From: an uncultured virus (IMG/VR IMGVR_UViG_3300035698_026266)
Taxonomy: Duplodnaviria; Heunggongvirae; Uroviricota; Caudoviricetes
Length of the DNA stretch: 64,000 nt
Reading direction: 5' to 3' (one strand)
Virus record (IMG/VR): IMGVR_UViG_3300035698_026266
In this document: positions 37,912 through 47,934 of the stretch, piece by piece
Layout of the letters: each line of letters begins with the position of its first letter
How positions within the stretch are numbered: the stretch's first letter is position 1
Notes under the pieces: model-generated
Seen by the model: the letters and a program-made list of their open reading frames with translations, nothing else
Databases searched by the model: none
Told to the model about the DNA's origin: nothing
Translations under genes and position numbers: made by a program

Positions 37912-39135
37912 ATGTCAACTGTGATTAGTAATTTGGTAGAAATTGAGAAAATAAAAGGCAACCTTTATGGGGTTCCTTTGTCATTGATGGTACTTCCAGA
38001 CAAGCCGTCAAAAGATGGAGAATTGAAATTTTTCAATCCTAGATGGATGATTCGAAATGGAAAATTTGTTGCCAAAGGCTTAGAAAAAGAGCCAATGGAT
38101 CAATTAAGAGAAAAAATCAGGACAGAAGGCTTGCACCATCCTCTTATGGTTCATGCTAACGAAGACATGTCTGTTTTGACAATCATAAGCGGTGAACGAA
38201 GAAAAAGGTGTATTGACAGACTGATCAAAGACAACAGCGAATGTTTTGATCATAATACCAATAGCTTCAAACCAGCTTCAGAGGTATATTCGAAAGTAGA
38301 AGCACGCATATTTCAATGTGGAATACAAGAGTGCTTTGAACACGCCTTTTGCGTGAATGATAGTGCGGAAAATATTGGAGAAGGTGCAACAATATCTCTT
38401 GTGAGTTATTGGCGTAAATATAATCTTAGTGATTCCGAAATAGCAAAAATGACAGGTCGTTCTACAACATGGTTGAAAGAAGCAGATCGCATAATTTCTC
38501 TTGATGAAGAATGCTATAATGCGTTTGAAAACAATGAGATAAATAGAACTATTGCTATTAAATTAAGCGATATAAAAGAAAAAGATTCAAGAGTCACCCG
38601 CTTAGTTGAATTGAAAAAATTAGCTGCTGAACAATTGAAGGAAGTGCAAGGGCAAGCAAGTTCAGATTTGGAAAAAGCCAAAGAAGAATTGAAGTTGGCA
38701 GAATTAGAACATGCAAAAGCAAAAGAAAACGGCAGCAAAACTGTTAAAAACAAAACGGAAAAAAAGCTTGAATCGAAGATAAAGAAAACAGAAAGAAAAG
38801 AAAAAAGCTTAAAAGAAGTTGAAGATAAAATCCCTAAAGTCACGAGCAAAACTTTAGAAGAAACTAAACCTTTGACTTTGACCAAAATTGAAAAAAATTG
38901 GGTGAAGGCGAATAAAGAATTGCTGAAAAAGTATGATGTTAAATCGGGCAGTCAAGAATTGCCACCAATTGAAATGTCTTACTTGAAGTTTTTTGATTTT
39001 ATTTTTCACAAAGGCATATTGAGAGGCGAAAAAAATTACGAAAAGATCATCTCTGAATTTGCCGAAAAAGAAAATCTCGTTCCTGAAATAAAAGAAAATC
39101 TCGTTCCTGAAATAAAAGAGAACGAAGAAGTCTAA
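37912..39135 (+). CDS. ParB/Srx-like N-terminal domain protein with HTH and coiled coil
   Basis: FNPR...LREKIRTEGLHHPL, IISGERRKR, SEIAKMTGRSTTW; C-terminal 24-bp tandem repeat. Confidence 0.75.
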   Translation: MSTVISNLVEIEKIKGNLYGVPLSLMVLPDKPSKDGELKFFNPRWMIRNGKFVAKGLEKEPMDQLREKIRTEGLHHPLMVHANEDMSVLTIISGERRKRCIDRLIKDNSECFDHNTNSFKPASEVYSKVEARIFQCGIQECFEHAFCVNDSAENIGEGATISLVSYWRKYNLSDSEIAKMTGRSTTWLKEADRIISLDEECYNAFENNEINRTIAIKLSDIKEKDSRVTRLVELKKLAAEQLKEVQGQASSDLEKAKEELKLAELEHAKAKENGSKTVKNKTEKKLESKIKKTERKEKSLKEVEDKIPKVTSKTLEETKPLTLTKIEKNWVKANKELLKKYDVKSGSQELPPIEMSYLKFFDFIFHKGILRGEKNYEKIISEFAEKENLVPEIKENLVPEIKENEEV

Positions 39136-39152
39136 AAATAGTTTTTGAAATT

Positions 39153-39195
39153 CAGAACCTCTCATTGTTGTTAGAAGCAGCAATGAGAGGTTCTG
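39153..39195. terminator. Hairpin between convergent genes
   Basis: CAGAACCTCTCATTG/CAATGAGAGGTTCTG. Confidence 0.7.
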
Positions 39196-39208
39196 TTATT
39201 ACAAACAA

Positions 39209-39748
39209 TTACGATACAAATAACTTGCTTATTTTTGTTGCCATTCTCATTCTAGGACTGTCATTATCCCATCCTAGTTTTTTAGGTAAAACTATAAAAC
39301 CGTAACTTAAATGTATTCTTGGAGAGTCGTTTTGGGGCAACCAATGCTTATATAAATTTGCTTCAAAACAATACAAATCTCCCTTGTTTATTTCTAGTTG
39401 ATTCCTTCCAATGTGTATTACATCATTTCTAGGTCCATCAATGCAAATATTGCATTTGTAAGTTATGTATCCCTCAACGCCTGTATCATAATGTTTTGCG
39501 ACTTCGCCGTTTTTCCCAATGTGTACATATTGGAAAAACACATTCTCACAAGGCAAAAACATTTCATTTGATATTTTTTTTGCAAAATCAATATAAACTT
39601 CTGGCACTTTATTCAGATTGGTTTCCTGTCCTTGAAATTTACAAACTTTTGTAGTTAGAGCGTTTTTGGATATTTGATACATTGCGGAAAATACATTTGT
39701 TTTATCATTAACAGATTTGATGTGTTCATTTGAAATACTAATATCCAT
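39209..39748 (-). CDS. 2OG-Fe(II) oxygenase
   Basis: HYD...H...R.HLSYG facial triad pattern. Confidence 0.7.
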   Translation of the reverse strand: MDISISNEHIKSVNDKTNVFSAMYQISKNALTTKVCKFQGQETNLNKVPEVYIDFAKKISNEMFLPCENVFFQYVHIGKNGEVAKHYDTGVEGYITYKCNICIDGPRNDVIHIGRNQLEINKGDLYCFEANLYKHWLPQNDSPRIHLSYGFIVLPKKLGWDNDSPRMRMATKISKLFVS

Positions 39749-40133
39749 AGTCTGTTACGTTTATTGTATAAATAGAATTTGCTTCCAAAGTTTCTTCTGA
39801 AGAATTTGTAGTTCCAAGAAGGGTAATTAAATCTTCTTCCACTTCCTCCACTTCCTCAGCAGGTCCAGAAGGTACAGCAATATTTCTAGTTCCGTCTATG
39901 TAAATGTCAATAATCATTTCTTTATCGATCATTGTTTTTAATTTTATAGCTTTTTCTCCATAGAGAGTAAAAACATCATTATGTTTGCAACTAACATTTC
40001 CAAAGAAAAAAGATTTTGTTTTTGCTTGCGTCTCGTTTTCTTCTGGCGTTAAACGTACAGAATTGTTTGTAAGTGGATTTGTTTTGGTTTTCAAATCTAC
40101 TCTAAACGTTATTTCGGGAACTAAATTTGCCAT
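39738..40133 (-). CDS. Hypothetical protein sharing a domain with the C-terminus of CDS 2-622
   Basis: FRVDL...KHNDVFTLYGEKAIKLK vs FQVNL...[17 protein letters not shown]. Confidence 0.5.
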   Translation of the reverse strand: MANLVPEITFRVDLKTKTNPLTNNSVRLTPEENETQAKTKSFFFGNVSCKHNDVFTLYGEKAIKLKTMIDKEMIIDIYIDGTRNIAVPSGPAEEVEEVEEDLITLLGTTNSSEETLEANSIYTINVTDYGY

Positions 40134-40179
40134 ATATTAATTATGATGTTTTTTCATTTTAACAATAATAAATATATAC

Positions 40180-40473
40180 GTGATTACAATTTGTCCTTTT
40201 TGCGGTCATGATCTTAAAAAACCATTAATGGATGGTATAATAGTTTGCTCTAACTGTAATAGATTATTTGACAATAGCTGGCGTAATAAAATGTTAGCTG
40301 CTGCTTGGATGTGTCGCAAAAAACATGTACAATATGCCATCTTCATTAAAGAACAATATGATTTAGACGACAATTCCATTACTCTAATTCAAAAATACGT
40401 TATTGATGAAATGCGTACTCACGAAGAATTCCTTAAAGTAATAGATCACATTAGTCAAACCGTCCTTGGGTAA
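40180..40473 (+). CDS. Zn-ribbon protein
   Basis: CPFCG...CSNC; TAAATA-N5-GTG. Confidence 0.65.
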   Translation: MITICPFCGHDLKKPLMDGIIVCSNCNRLFDNSWRNKMLAAAWMCRKKHVQYAIFIKEQYDLDDNSITLIQKYVIDEMRTHEEFLKVIDHISQTVLG

Positions 40474-40508
40474 TGTGATCTACAAATTTACCGATTGTAT
40501 TATCATAC

Positions 40509-41453
40509 ATGTTGATTTGGCCTCTTGAACAAAAAACAGGTTTTTTTGCCTTGCACCCTTTGGACGAAACATTGGTTGAAGGTTATGAATACAAAACGTT
40601 AAACGGCTTACATTGTTATCATTTTACAAATGAAAGGCATTGGTGGCCTTTTTATTATGCCGATCCACCGAAATGGCTTATCAATGGATTTTCTTTTGAC
40701 TCTGATGAGATTTGTTTAACTCAAATTAGAAACTTGATTTTAAATAAATCTCTTAGCGTTTTGTGTCCTAACAGTGATTTTGTTTCGATATTAAAATGTT
40801 CACAAGATTCTAAAAAAGAAATATATAATTGGTTAGAATTTATTGGTTTAAAATCAGAAGTAATTTGGACAGATGAAAAAGTTGATTTTTTGGTTTCTGA
40901 AAATAGAAATTTCAAATGCGATTTTTATTTGCCGATGGGTGAAGTCATATGTGACAAACCTGCAAGAATCATATTTGATTCTATTGTTGAATTAATTAAA
41001 TCTAAAAAAATAGCATGGAATATTTTAGCATGGGAATTATCTTCCTTTAAAAGAAGTGAGGATATCGTTTTAGACAATTGTTTTTTAGACAAATGGATTA
41101 AAACATCATCCCCTGCCATTTATATTTCAAGTACTTTAAATAAATTATACAATGATTTTAAATTAGTAAAAGATAAAGAAATAGGCAGTCCTAACCATTT
41201 GACTGAAAACGATTTAGATTTATTGGGATTTGCAAACTATTTTCCTTATTACAAATTTGAATCTATTTCCCACAAGAACACTAGTTTTATTGCAAAATAC
41301 GCTCTTTCACTAACTATAAAAATAAGAAAACATTACAATAAAGAAACAATAGTTGAAGGGCGTCCTGAATTTAGATTTACCATGCTAAAAGCAGCAGAGT
41401 CTTTAGAAAAATGTATGGATGTTATAGGAATGTTTAAAATAATTAATATTTAA
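40509..41453 (+). CDS. Degenerate arginyl-tRNA synthetase-like protein (DALR-like C-terminus)
   Basis: INGFS...IRNLIL.KSL, SPAIYISST, IRKHYNKETIVEG...LEKCMDVIGM; no intact HIGH motif. Confidence 0.45.
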   Translation: MLIWPLEQKTGFFALHPLDETLVEGYEYKTLNGLHCYHFTNERHWWPFYYADPPKWLINGFSFDSDEICLTQIRNLILNKSLSVLCPNSDFVSILKCSQDSKKEIYNWLEFIGLKSEVIWTDEKVDFLVSENRNFKCDFYLPMGEVICDKPARIIFDSIVELIKSKKIAWNILAWELSSFKRSEDIVLDNCFLDKWIKTSSPAIYISSTLNKLYNDFKLVKDKEIGSPNHLTENDLDLLGFANYFPYYKFESISHKNTSFIAKYALSLTIKIRKHYNKETIVEGRPEFRFTMLKAAESLEKCMDVIGMFKIINI

Positions 41454-41457
41454 AGGG

Positions 41458-42489
41458 ATGAAAATGATTTCAAATTCTGATTTTTGTTTATTTGGGTTAA
41501 GAGGTTCTAAGGATTTTACAAAAAAAATTGCCGAACGTCTTTCAATAGAAGTTTGCGAACATGAAGAACGTGTGTGGGAAGACACTGAAACTTATGTTAA
41601 AAGCTTGGTGAATGTTCGAGGGAGAGATGTCTGTGTAGTATCAAATCTTTTTGGCACCACAACTCAATCTGCTGGAGATAAAATCTTCACTCTTTTGATA
41701 TTTATAGCGTCTTTAAAAGACGCATCGGCTGGTAGTATAACCGTCATTTTGCCTTATTTAGCCTTTTCCAGACAGGATAGAAAAACCGAATCAAGAGCGC
41801 CAATAACAACAAAATACGTCGCACGACAAATAAAAACAGCGGGAGCAGATCGACTTTTAACTTTAGATTGTCACAATTTAGCAGCACTGCAAAATGCTTT
41901 TGATTTGCCAACTGACAATTTAGAATCTAAAAATTTATTTGTGGATTATTTGGTTGGCAAAGAAACTAAAGGAATGGGACCAGAAGTCGTTTCTCCCAAT
42001 CCTTTAAATGCTCAATGTGACATTGTAATCATGTCGCCTGATGCTGGCGGGATTGGTAGAGCAAGAGCCTTTCGCAGTTCATTGGAGAGCAGATTGGGTC
42101 GTGTAAACGATATTGAAATAGTTGTTTTGGATAAAGAAAGAAAGCACGGTAGGGTTAAAGCAGGAAATGTGGTTGGGAACGTAAAAAACAAACAAGTGAT
42201 AATCATAGATGACATAATTGCCAGTGGTTCTACGATCAATTTAGCTGCAAATACAGTTTTACGAGAAGGAGGGAAAATTTATGCCGTATGTGCAACTCAT
42301 GGTTTGTTTACGGGAAAAGCAGAAAGTAATATAAAAAATATTGACAACATCATTATTACAGACACAGTGCCGCCATTTAGATTAAAAAATAAAAATAATA
42401 TTACAATTCTTCCAACTTCTAAATTGTTTTCTCATGCTATAAGAATAACCAGAGAAGGCGGTTCTATAAGCCAATTACTGGAAAACTAG
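41458..42489 (+). CDS. prs: Ribose-phosphate pyrophosphokinase
   Basis: PYLAFSRQDRK, SPDAGG, IIDDIIASGST, CATHGLF. Confidence 0.93.
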   Translation: MKMISNSDFCLFGLRGSKDFTKKIAERLSIEVCEHEERVWEDTETYVKSLVNVRGRDVCVVSNLFGTTTQSAGDKIFTLLIFIASLKDASAGSITVILPYLAFSRQDRKTESRAPITTKYVARQIKTAGADRLLTLDCHNLAALQNAFDLPTDNLESKNLFVDYLVGKETKGMGPEVVSPNPLNAQCDIVIMSPDAGGIGRARAFRSSLESRLGRVNDIEIVVLDKERKHGRVKAGNVVGNVKNKQVIIIDDIIASGSTINLAANTVLREGGKIYAVCATHGLFTGKAESNIKNIDNIIITDTVPPFRLKNKNNITILPTSKLFSHAIRITREGGSISQLLEN

Positions 42490-42683
42490 GATTATTTTAA
42501 AAAAGTCATAAACTATTAAGAAACAACAACTTATGTGTTAAACGTCTTTGTGATATTTGGATCGTTTTTGCATCTGCTGCTTTATATCGTCTGAATCGGT
42601 GCATATACTTGAATGCAAGTCAATTAAAGCTCTGTTGGCTTGCCAAGAAATTCAGGGCTAAATTCTCTAGCAGGAGAAGCAAA

Positions 42684-43223
42684 ATGTCTTTAGAACAATC
42701 AACAGAAGTACTTGATTTCAAAAAGCAAGCAGAGGATTCAAGGAAACAAGCGGAGTTGTTTGGAAAAGAAGCGGAAGAAATGCGTGGCAAGGCGGACGAC
42801 TTGACTAAAAAATCTAAATTGTCAAATTTAGAAGCAAATAAACTGGAAGAAATTGCTTCTGATTTAGAAAGTCAGTTTGGCGAATTGCAAGACATTCGTG
42901 ATGGCAAGGTTAAAGTTGAAAAAGTTAACCCCAAATCTAAAAGAAAAACTAATGTCGAAGAACGCAAACCCGGTCGTCCCAAAGGGAGTGGTCACCAAAA
43001 TGACAAACCCCTTAAAGAAGTGGTTTATTTAATCCTGAAAAAACAAAAAACGGGATTCAAATTGAGCGACTTGTCAACGGCAGTAACTGAATATGGTTAT
43101 GTTTCGACAGCACAAGATGATCCGCAAAAGTTTGCCAAAATTGTTTATCAAGCCGTTAATCGTCTTATGAATGAAAAGGAAGTGATTCGTGATGATGAAC
43201 ATCATTATAAGATAGCAGCTTAA
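42684..43223 (+). CDS. Coiled-coil plus AT-hook plus winged-helix DNA-binding protein
   Basis: AGGAG SD; heptad N-terminus; KPGRPKG; wHTH-like C-terminus. Confidence 0.6.
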   Translation: MSLEQSTEVLDFKKQAEDSRKQAELFGKEAEEMRGKADDLTKKSKLSNLEANKLEEIASDLESQFGELQDIRDGKVKVEKVNPKSKRKTNVEERKPGRPKGSGHQNDKPLKEVVYLILKKQKTGFKLSDLSTAVTEYGYVSTAQDDPQKFAKIVYQAVNRLMNEKEVIRDDEHHYKIAA

Positions 43224-43253
43224 TAGCTCAACAATAGCTTGATAGTTTAAAGG

Positions 43254-43294
43254 AATAAAAAGTCGCCAAAAGGAATTGGCGACTTTTTATTTTG
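43254..43294 (+). terminator. Intrinsic terminator
   Basis: AATAAAAAGTCGCCAA/TTGGCGACTTTTTATT. Confidence 0.75.
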
Positions 43295-43353
43295 TTGGGG
43301 ATATAGTAGAATTGATCATGGTTTTATAATGACAAAAATAGTGAAAGCATTTA

Positions 43354-44100
43354 ATGATACAAAACGTCACAAAAGCAAAAGAAGAATTTATAATTGGATT
43401 AGAATACAAATCAGTAAAAAAAGACATCCTAATAGTGGTCCACAATCAGTTAGAGTATGTCAAGAATTGTGTTGAGTCAATTGCCAACAATACAGAAAAT
43501 TATGATATTTATATTTGGGACAATGGTTCTGACGATCCTACTAAGAATTATTTAGAAACTTTTTCCGATCAAGAAAACGTTCATCTTGTTAGAAGTGAAG
43601 ACAATTTAGGTTTTATAGTTCCTAACAATAAATTGATACAAATGGGCAACTCGCCGTTTGTCATATTGTTGAATTCCGATACTGTAGTTTATCCTAAATG
43701 GGATGAAACAATGATAGCGTGGTTACAACAGCATTCAGATGTAGCGGAAATAGGCTACATGGGGGGGAAGCTGAATTCGGAGGGGCAAGGATATCAAGTC
43801 GCTTGGGATGATGCTGATTTTATTTGCGGTTGGTGCTTTTGCATAAGTCGTGAAACCTACGATTCTTTTGGGCTTTTCGATGATGTTAATTTGTCTTTTG
43901 CTTATGGAGAAGATTCGGATTTTTCTTTGAGATTAAAGGAAGCTGGTAAAAGAATTCATGTGTTGCACGCTTCTAATGTATATCATTTTGGTAGTCAAAC
44001 AACCAAGTCTTTAAAAGACAAATCGACTCTTTCAAAGAACTTTGAAAGGAATCATGATTACATAAAAGCCAGATGGAGCAACGAGTTAGGCAAAGATTAG
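43354..44100 (+). CDS. Glycosyltransferase family 2
   Basis: WDNGSDD, NLGF, LLNSD, YGEDSDFSLR. Confidence 0.9.
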   Translation: MIQNVTKAKEEFIIGLEYKSVKKDILIVVHNQLEYVKNCVESIANNTENYDIYIWDNGSDDPTKNYLETFSDQENVHLVRSEDNLGFIVPNNKLIQMGNSPFVILLNSDTVVYPKWDETMIAWLQQHSDVAEIGYMGGKLNSEGQGYQVAWDDADFICGWCFCISRETYDSFGLFDDVNLSFAYGEDSDFSLRLKEAGKRIHVLHASNVYHFGSQTTKSLKDKSTLSKNFERNHDYIKARWSNELGKD

Positions 44101-44197
44101 AAAGGGCCGTGTTTACAAAAACCTTGTTCGTTGTATAATAGGATTGCCCCCAATTGGGGTGGTAAAATGAATTTATTTTTTATTAGGAGAACGTTGT

Positions 44198-45481
44198 ATG
44201 AGCGAAGATAAAGGCAGCAGCCGTAAAAAGAAATCAGAACATTGTAGTTTTTGTGGGAAACCAAATGTCAAGTATGGTCCTTTTGTTAGCGGGCCTAAAG
44301 AGGACGGACAACAGCCACATATTTGTTATATTTGTGCCGAAAAAGCTTATGCAATCTTTGTGGAAGAATTGAAATATAAAACGGAATGTGATTTTAAAGT
44401 GGAAGTCCCATCACCATCAGAAATTATTAGAAATCTAGACACTTATATTGTGGATCAAAGTATTGCCAAAGAAACATTGGCATTAGCGGTTGTAAACCAT
44501 TATAAAAGGTTGCTGCATAGTAGTAGCGACAAATATGGCAGTGCAGAACTGGACAAATCCAATGTTCTTTTAATTGGTCCTACTGGTTGTGGAAAAACTC
44601 TTTTAGCACAACGTATAGCAAAGAATCTTAACATTCCATTTGCTATTGGAGACGCCACTGCTTTAACGGAAGCAGGTTATGTTGGCGAAGATGTGGAAAA
44701 TTTACTTTTGAAGTTGATTCGTGCAGCAGACAACGACATAGAAGCTGCTCAAAGAGGCATTATATATTTGGATGAAGTCGACAAAATAGGTTCGACTCAT
44801 GGAAATGTTTCTATAACTAGAGATGTTAGTGGAGAGGGTGTTCAACAATCATTGCTTAAATTGCTCGAAGGAACGATTGCTAATGTGCCGCCTCAAGGGG
44901 GCAGGAAACATCCAGAGCAAACCTACATTGAAATTGACACAAGTCAAATTTTGTTTATCTGTGCTGGAACCTTTGTAGGACTAGAAGATATTATCAAAAG
45001 AAGATTAGGCAAACAAACAATTGGATTTGGTAGTGAAGTCAACAATATAGATGATGCTCAAGAAACAAAAAAAATAATGGAAGAAGTAACTCCAGAAGAT
45101 TTGCATGAATTTGGGCTTATTCCTGAATTGGTTGGTCGTTTGCCTGTAATCACAACTGTGCATCAATTAGACATTGACACTTTGTGTAAAATTATGACTG
45201 ATCCTGAAAACTCTTTAATAAAACAATATCAAAAGTTGTTTTTGATTGATGGAATTGTACTTACTTTTGAAAAAGATGCTATTAAAGCTATGGGCGAGCG
45301 TGCTTTAAAATTAAAAACAGGAGCAAGGGCGTTGAGATCGGTTGTTGAAAACATTGTTAAACCATTTATGCTTGACATTGAAAATATGCCTAATGGAAGC
45401 GAAATCGTTATCACAGGACAGGCTGTTCGTGAAGGGTCCGCAAAACACGTTGTTAAAATAAAACAAACAGCAGCAGCATAA
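44198..45481 (+). CDS. clpX: ATP-dependent Clp protease ATP-binding subunit ClpX
   Basis: CSFCG Zn finger, GPTGCGKT, EAGYVGEDVE, RDVSGEGVQQ, GGRKHP, IGF loop, GARALR. Confidence 0.97.
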   Translation: MSEDKGSSRKKKSEHCSFCGKPNVKYGPFVSGPKEDGQQPHICYICAEKAYAIFVEELKYKTECDFKVEVPSPSEIIRNLDTYIVDQSIAKETLALAVVNHYKRLLHSSSDKYGSAELDKSNVLLIGPTGCGKTLLAQRIAKNLNIPFAIGDATALTEAGYVGEDVENLLLKLIRAADNDIEAAQRGIIYLDEVDKIGSTHGNVSITRDVSGEGVQQSLLKLLEGTIANVPPQGGRKHPEQTYIEIDTSQILFICAGTFVGLEDIIKRRLGKQTIGFGSEVNNIDDAQETKKIMEEVTPEDLHEFGLIPELVGRLPVITTVHQLDIDTLCKIMTDPENSLIKQYQKLFLIDGIVLTFEKDAIKAMGERALKLKTGARALRSVVENIVKPFMLDIENMPNGSEIVITGQAVREGSAKHVVKIKQTAAA

Positions 45482-45725
45482 TATTCTAGAACAAGCAAGT
45501 TTGATATTGTGAACAATCATGCTAGAGCATATTAAGGATTTATTATATGTTTTTAAATAACTCTGTCGATGTCGCCTTGGCTAAAACGCTGAATCATTTT
45601 GAAATAAAAGAGAATAAAGAGTTGTTTTCTTTTGTTTTATTAAAATCTTTGCTTATTGAAGAAAAGGCAGGGGATTTCAAGACAGAAATGATATTCAAAG
45701 CAAAAGAATATTTTAAAAGGCAACT

Positions 45726-46073
45726 ATGAAACTATTTGTTTATGGAACCTTAAAAAAGAATAAGATGCGTGGACATGTTTTAGAAGGGCAGGCTTTCATT
45801 GGCTGCGTTGAAACATCGAGTGACTATAAATTGTTTGATGTTGGCGGTTATCCCGCAATGAAAGAATGTTCCTCTGGCGATGGGAGTTGTATAAAAGGAG
45901 AATTATATGAAACAACCGAATTTTTTGTGACAGACGTTTTAGATGAAATTGAGGGTCATCCACATCTTTTTGAAAGAAAAGAAATATTGTTGAAGACTAA
46001 TGAATATGTGACAAGTTATATTTATACCAAATCCGTTTCTGGTTTTAAAGAATGTTCCCCCTTTTGGGAGTAA
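45726..46073 (+). CDS. Gamma-glutamylcyclotransferase family
   Basis: LFVYGTLK, GYPAM, GELYE, LDEIEGHP. Confidence 0.88.
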   Translation: MKLFVYGTLKKNKMRGHVLEGQAFIGCVETSSDYKLFDVGGYPAMKECSSGDGSCIKGELYETTEFFVTDVLDEIEGHPHLFERKEILLKTNEYVTSYIYTKSVSGFKECSPFWE

Positions 46074-46079
46074 AAAAAA

Positions 46080-47153
46080 ATGAATAAGAAATTTAACAAA
46101 AAAGAAAACCACAAAGAAGAATTGAAATCCTATTTTAATATGGATTTAAATCATATAGATTATGAGGAATTTTCAAAAAAGAATTCTCATATCGTGTATG
46201 CGAAATTTCCAAAATCTGATATGGATTTTGGAAATTTAAAAGGAACTTGGAACGCTATTCTATCCATGAAAAGAGTAGAACAATACAATTTAAAAGCCAA
46301 TAGTAAATTTACTCTATCGACAAAAGAATTGTATGACTTTTTTATGCGATTAAATTATGCAAAAAAAAGAGTTTCTTCATTGCGTGACTTGAATCAAAAA
46401 AGAAACTTGTCACTACCAGAAACTTTAAGAGCTTTAAAGTGGGGTCGCATATTAAAAGAAACTTTTGATGCCATTTGTGTTTCCAACATTGGTTTAGTTT
46501 TTTCTATGGGGAAAAGGTATGGTTATTTCAAAAACACTCTCGATATCCTTGACACTGTGTCCTGTGGATTATATGGATTGATGTGTGCGGTTAACAGATA
46601 TGATTGCAAAATGGGATTTGCTTTTTCAACATATTCTTGTCGAGCCATATTACAATCTTTTAATCGAAGTTGGACAAAAGAAGCAAAATACTTGCTGCGA
46701 GAAAACAGAATAGATTACACCGATGGCGGGTGGACGCATCCAACAGATTCCAGCATGAACGAGAATCTTTATTCGGAAGATGTAAAGGTTTTACGTGAAA
46801 TAATTGTTGAAAACAAAGCTGAATTAGACGAAAATGAAAAGCTTGTTTTAGTTTATAGATTTCCTTTTAGAAAAGAGTTTTTAACTTATAAAGAAGAAAA
46901 AAGTTTAGAAAAATATCTTAAGAAAACAAAAAGGGCACCTAGAAAACACGGCACGCCGTTGACTTTAAATGAAGCTGGTCATTTGTTGTGCCTTACAAGA
47001 GAACGCATAAGACAAATCCAAAACAAAGCGTTGGAAAAAATAAAACCTTTATTGGAGGCGAAATTGCAATATAAAAATGTTTTAGAAGAAAATCCTGACA
47101 ATGAAGAATGTATTGATTTTACGAAAAGAAACGAAGAATTGGTTTTAGTATAG
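46080..47153 (+). CDS. Sigma-70 family RNA polymerase sigma factor
   Basis: Region 2 NIGLVFSMGKRY...GLMCAVNRYD...FSTYSCRAI; region 4 LTLNEAG...LTRERIRQIQNKALEK. Confidence 0.9.
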   Translation: MNKKFNKKENHKEELKSYFNMDLNHIDYEEFSKKNSHIVYAKFPKSDMDFGNLKGTWNAILSMKRVEQYNLKANSKFTLSTKELYDFFMRLNYAKKRVSSLRDLNQKRNLSLPETLRALKWGRILKETFDAICVSNIGLVFSMGKRYGYFKNTLDILDTVSCGLYGLMCAVNRYDCKMGFAFSTYSCRAILQSFNRSWTKEAKYLLRENRIDYTDGGWTHPTDSSMNENLYSEDVKVLREIIVENKAELDENEKLVLVYRFPFRKEFLTYKEEKSLEKYLKKTKRAPRKHGTPLTLNEAGHLLCLTRERIRQIQNKALEKIKPLLEAKLQYKNVLEENPDNEECIDFTKRNEELVLV

Positions 47154-47208
47154 GAGACTAAATATTTCACTAAATATTTCACTAAAAATATCTAGAGGAA
47201 GTTGCAAA

Positions 47209-47931
47209 ATGTTTTCTCCAAAGGGGGATCACATGTGCAACATTCATGCTACCAAAGGCGAAAATTATGTAAAAAAAGGATTGGCAGAAATAATCTGCAC
47301 TGATCCTTTTTCGATAAAATTGAATTTTGTTCCTAAATCTACAAATTGCCATCCTTATACGAAAGAAATCATTGAAAGAAAATGTGTGGTTTGCGGATGC
47401 GAAGATTTGGAAAAATTGACAGGACATCATTGCATTCCATTATTGTATAGGAAACATTATCCTAAAATAGAAAAAGAACATAATTCACACGATGTGTTGA
47501 TCATGTGCCGAAAATGTCATGATTTGTATGAAATAAAATCACATAGTTTTAAAAAGAAATTGGCTAAAGAATTTAAAGTCCCTTTATTAAGAAAAAACAG
47601 CAGAAGTGTTGTGTATGAATTGGCTTATAGTTTGGTTCGATACAATATTCAAATGCCTTCTGAAAGAAGAAAAGAAGTATTAAGAAAGATAAAAGACTTA
47701 ATTGGCTATTATCCTACTGAAGATGAATTAGAAAACATTTTAGCAAAAAAAAGAACCAATTTGTATAGTTCCACACATGGTGAAGAAGTCGTAGAAAAAT
47801 TAATTAAAAACAATTTAATAGATGAGTTTAATGTGCGATGGAGAAAACATTTTTTATGCACAATGTCTCCTAAATACTTACCTGAACTATGGGAAATAGA
47901 TCACGACCACAAACTCTATTCTATAGGTTAA
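47209..47931 (+). CDS. HNH-like nuclease resembling the EXD2 C-terminal domain
   Basis: CVVCG...HHCIP..YRKHYP...K.HNSHDVLIMCRKCH..YE; WRKHFL..M.PKYLP..W. Confidence 0.7.
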   Translation: MFSPKGDHMCNIHATKGENYVKKGLAEIICTDPFSIKLNFVPKSTNCHPYTKEIIERKCVVCGCEDLEKLTGHHCIPLLYRKHYPKIEKEHNSHDVLIMCRKCHDLYEIKSHSFKKKLAKEFKVPLLRKNSRSVVYELAYSLVRYNIQMPSERRKEVLRKIKDLIGYYPTEDELENILAKKRTNLYSSTHGEEVVEKLIKNNLIDEFNVRWRKHFLCTMSPKYLPELWEIDHDHKLYSIG

Positions 47932-47934
47932 ATT

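Noticed and set aside
41458..42489. prs as part of a NARP1 NAD+ reconstitution pathway
   Set aside because: No Nampt/Namat-like partner in the window, and the protein looks like a canonical PRPP synthetase.
47157..47190. 12-bp tandem repeat ACTAAATATTTC, and in-frame tandem duplications at about 13957, 39067 and 51435
   Set aside because: Only 2-3 copies, consistent with slippage; no evidence for iterons or arrays.
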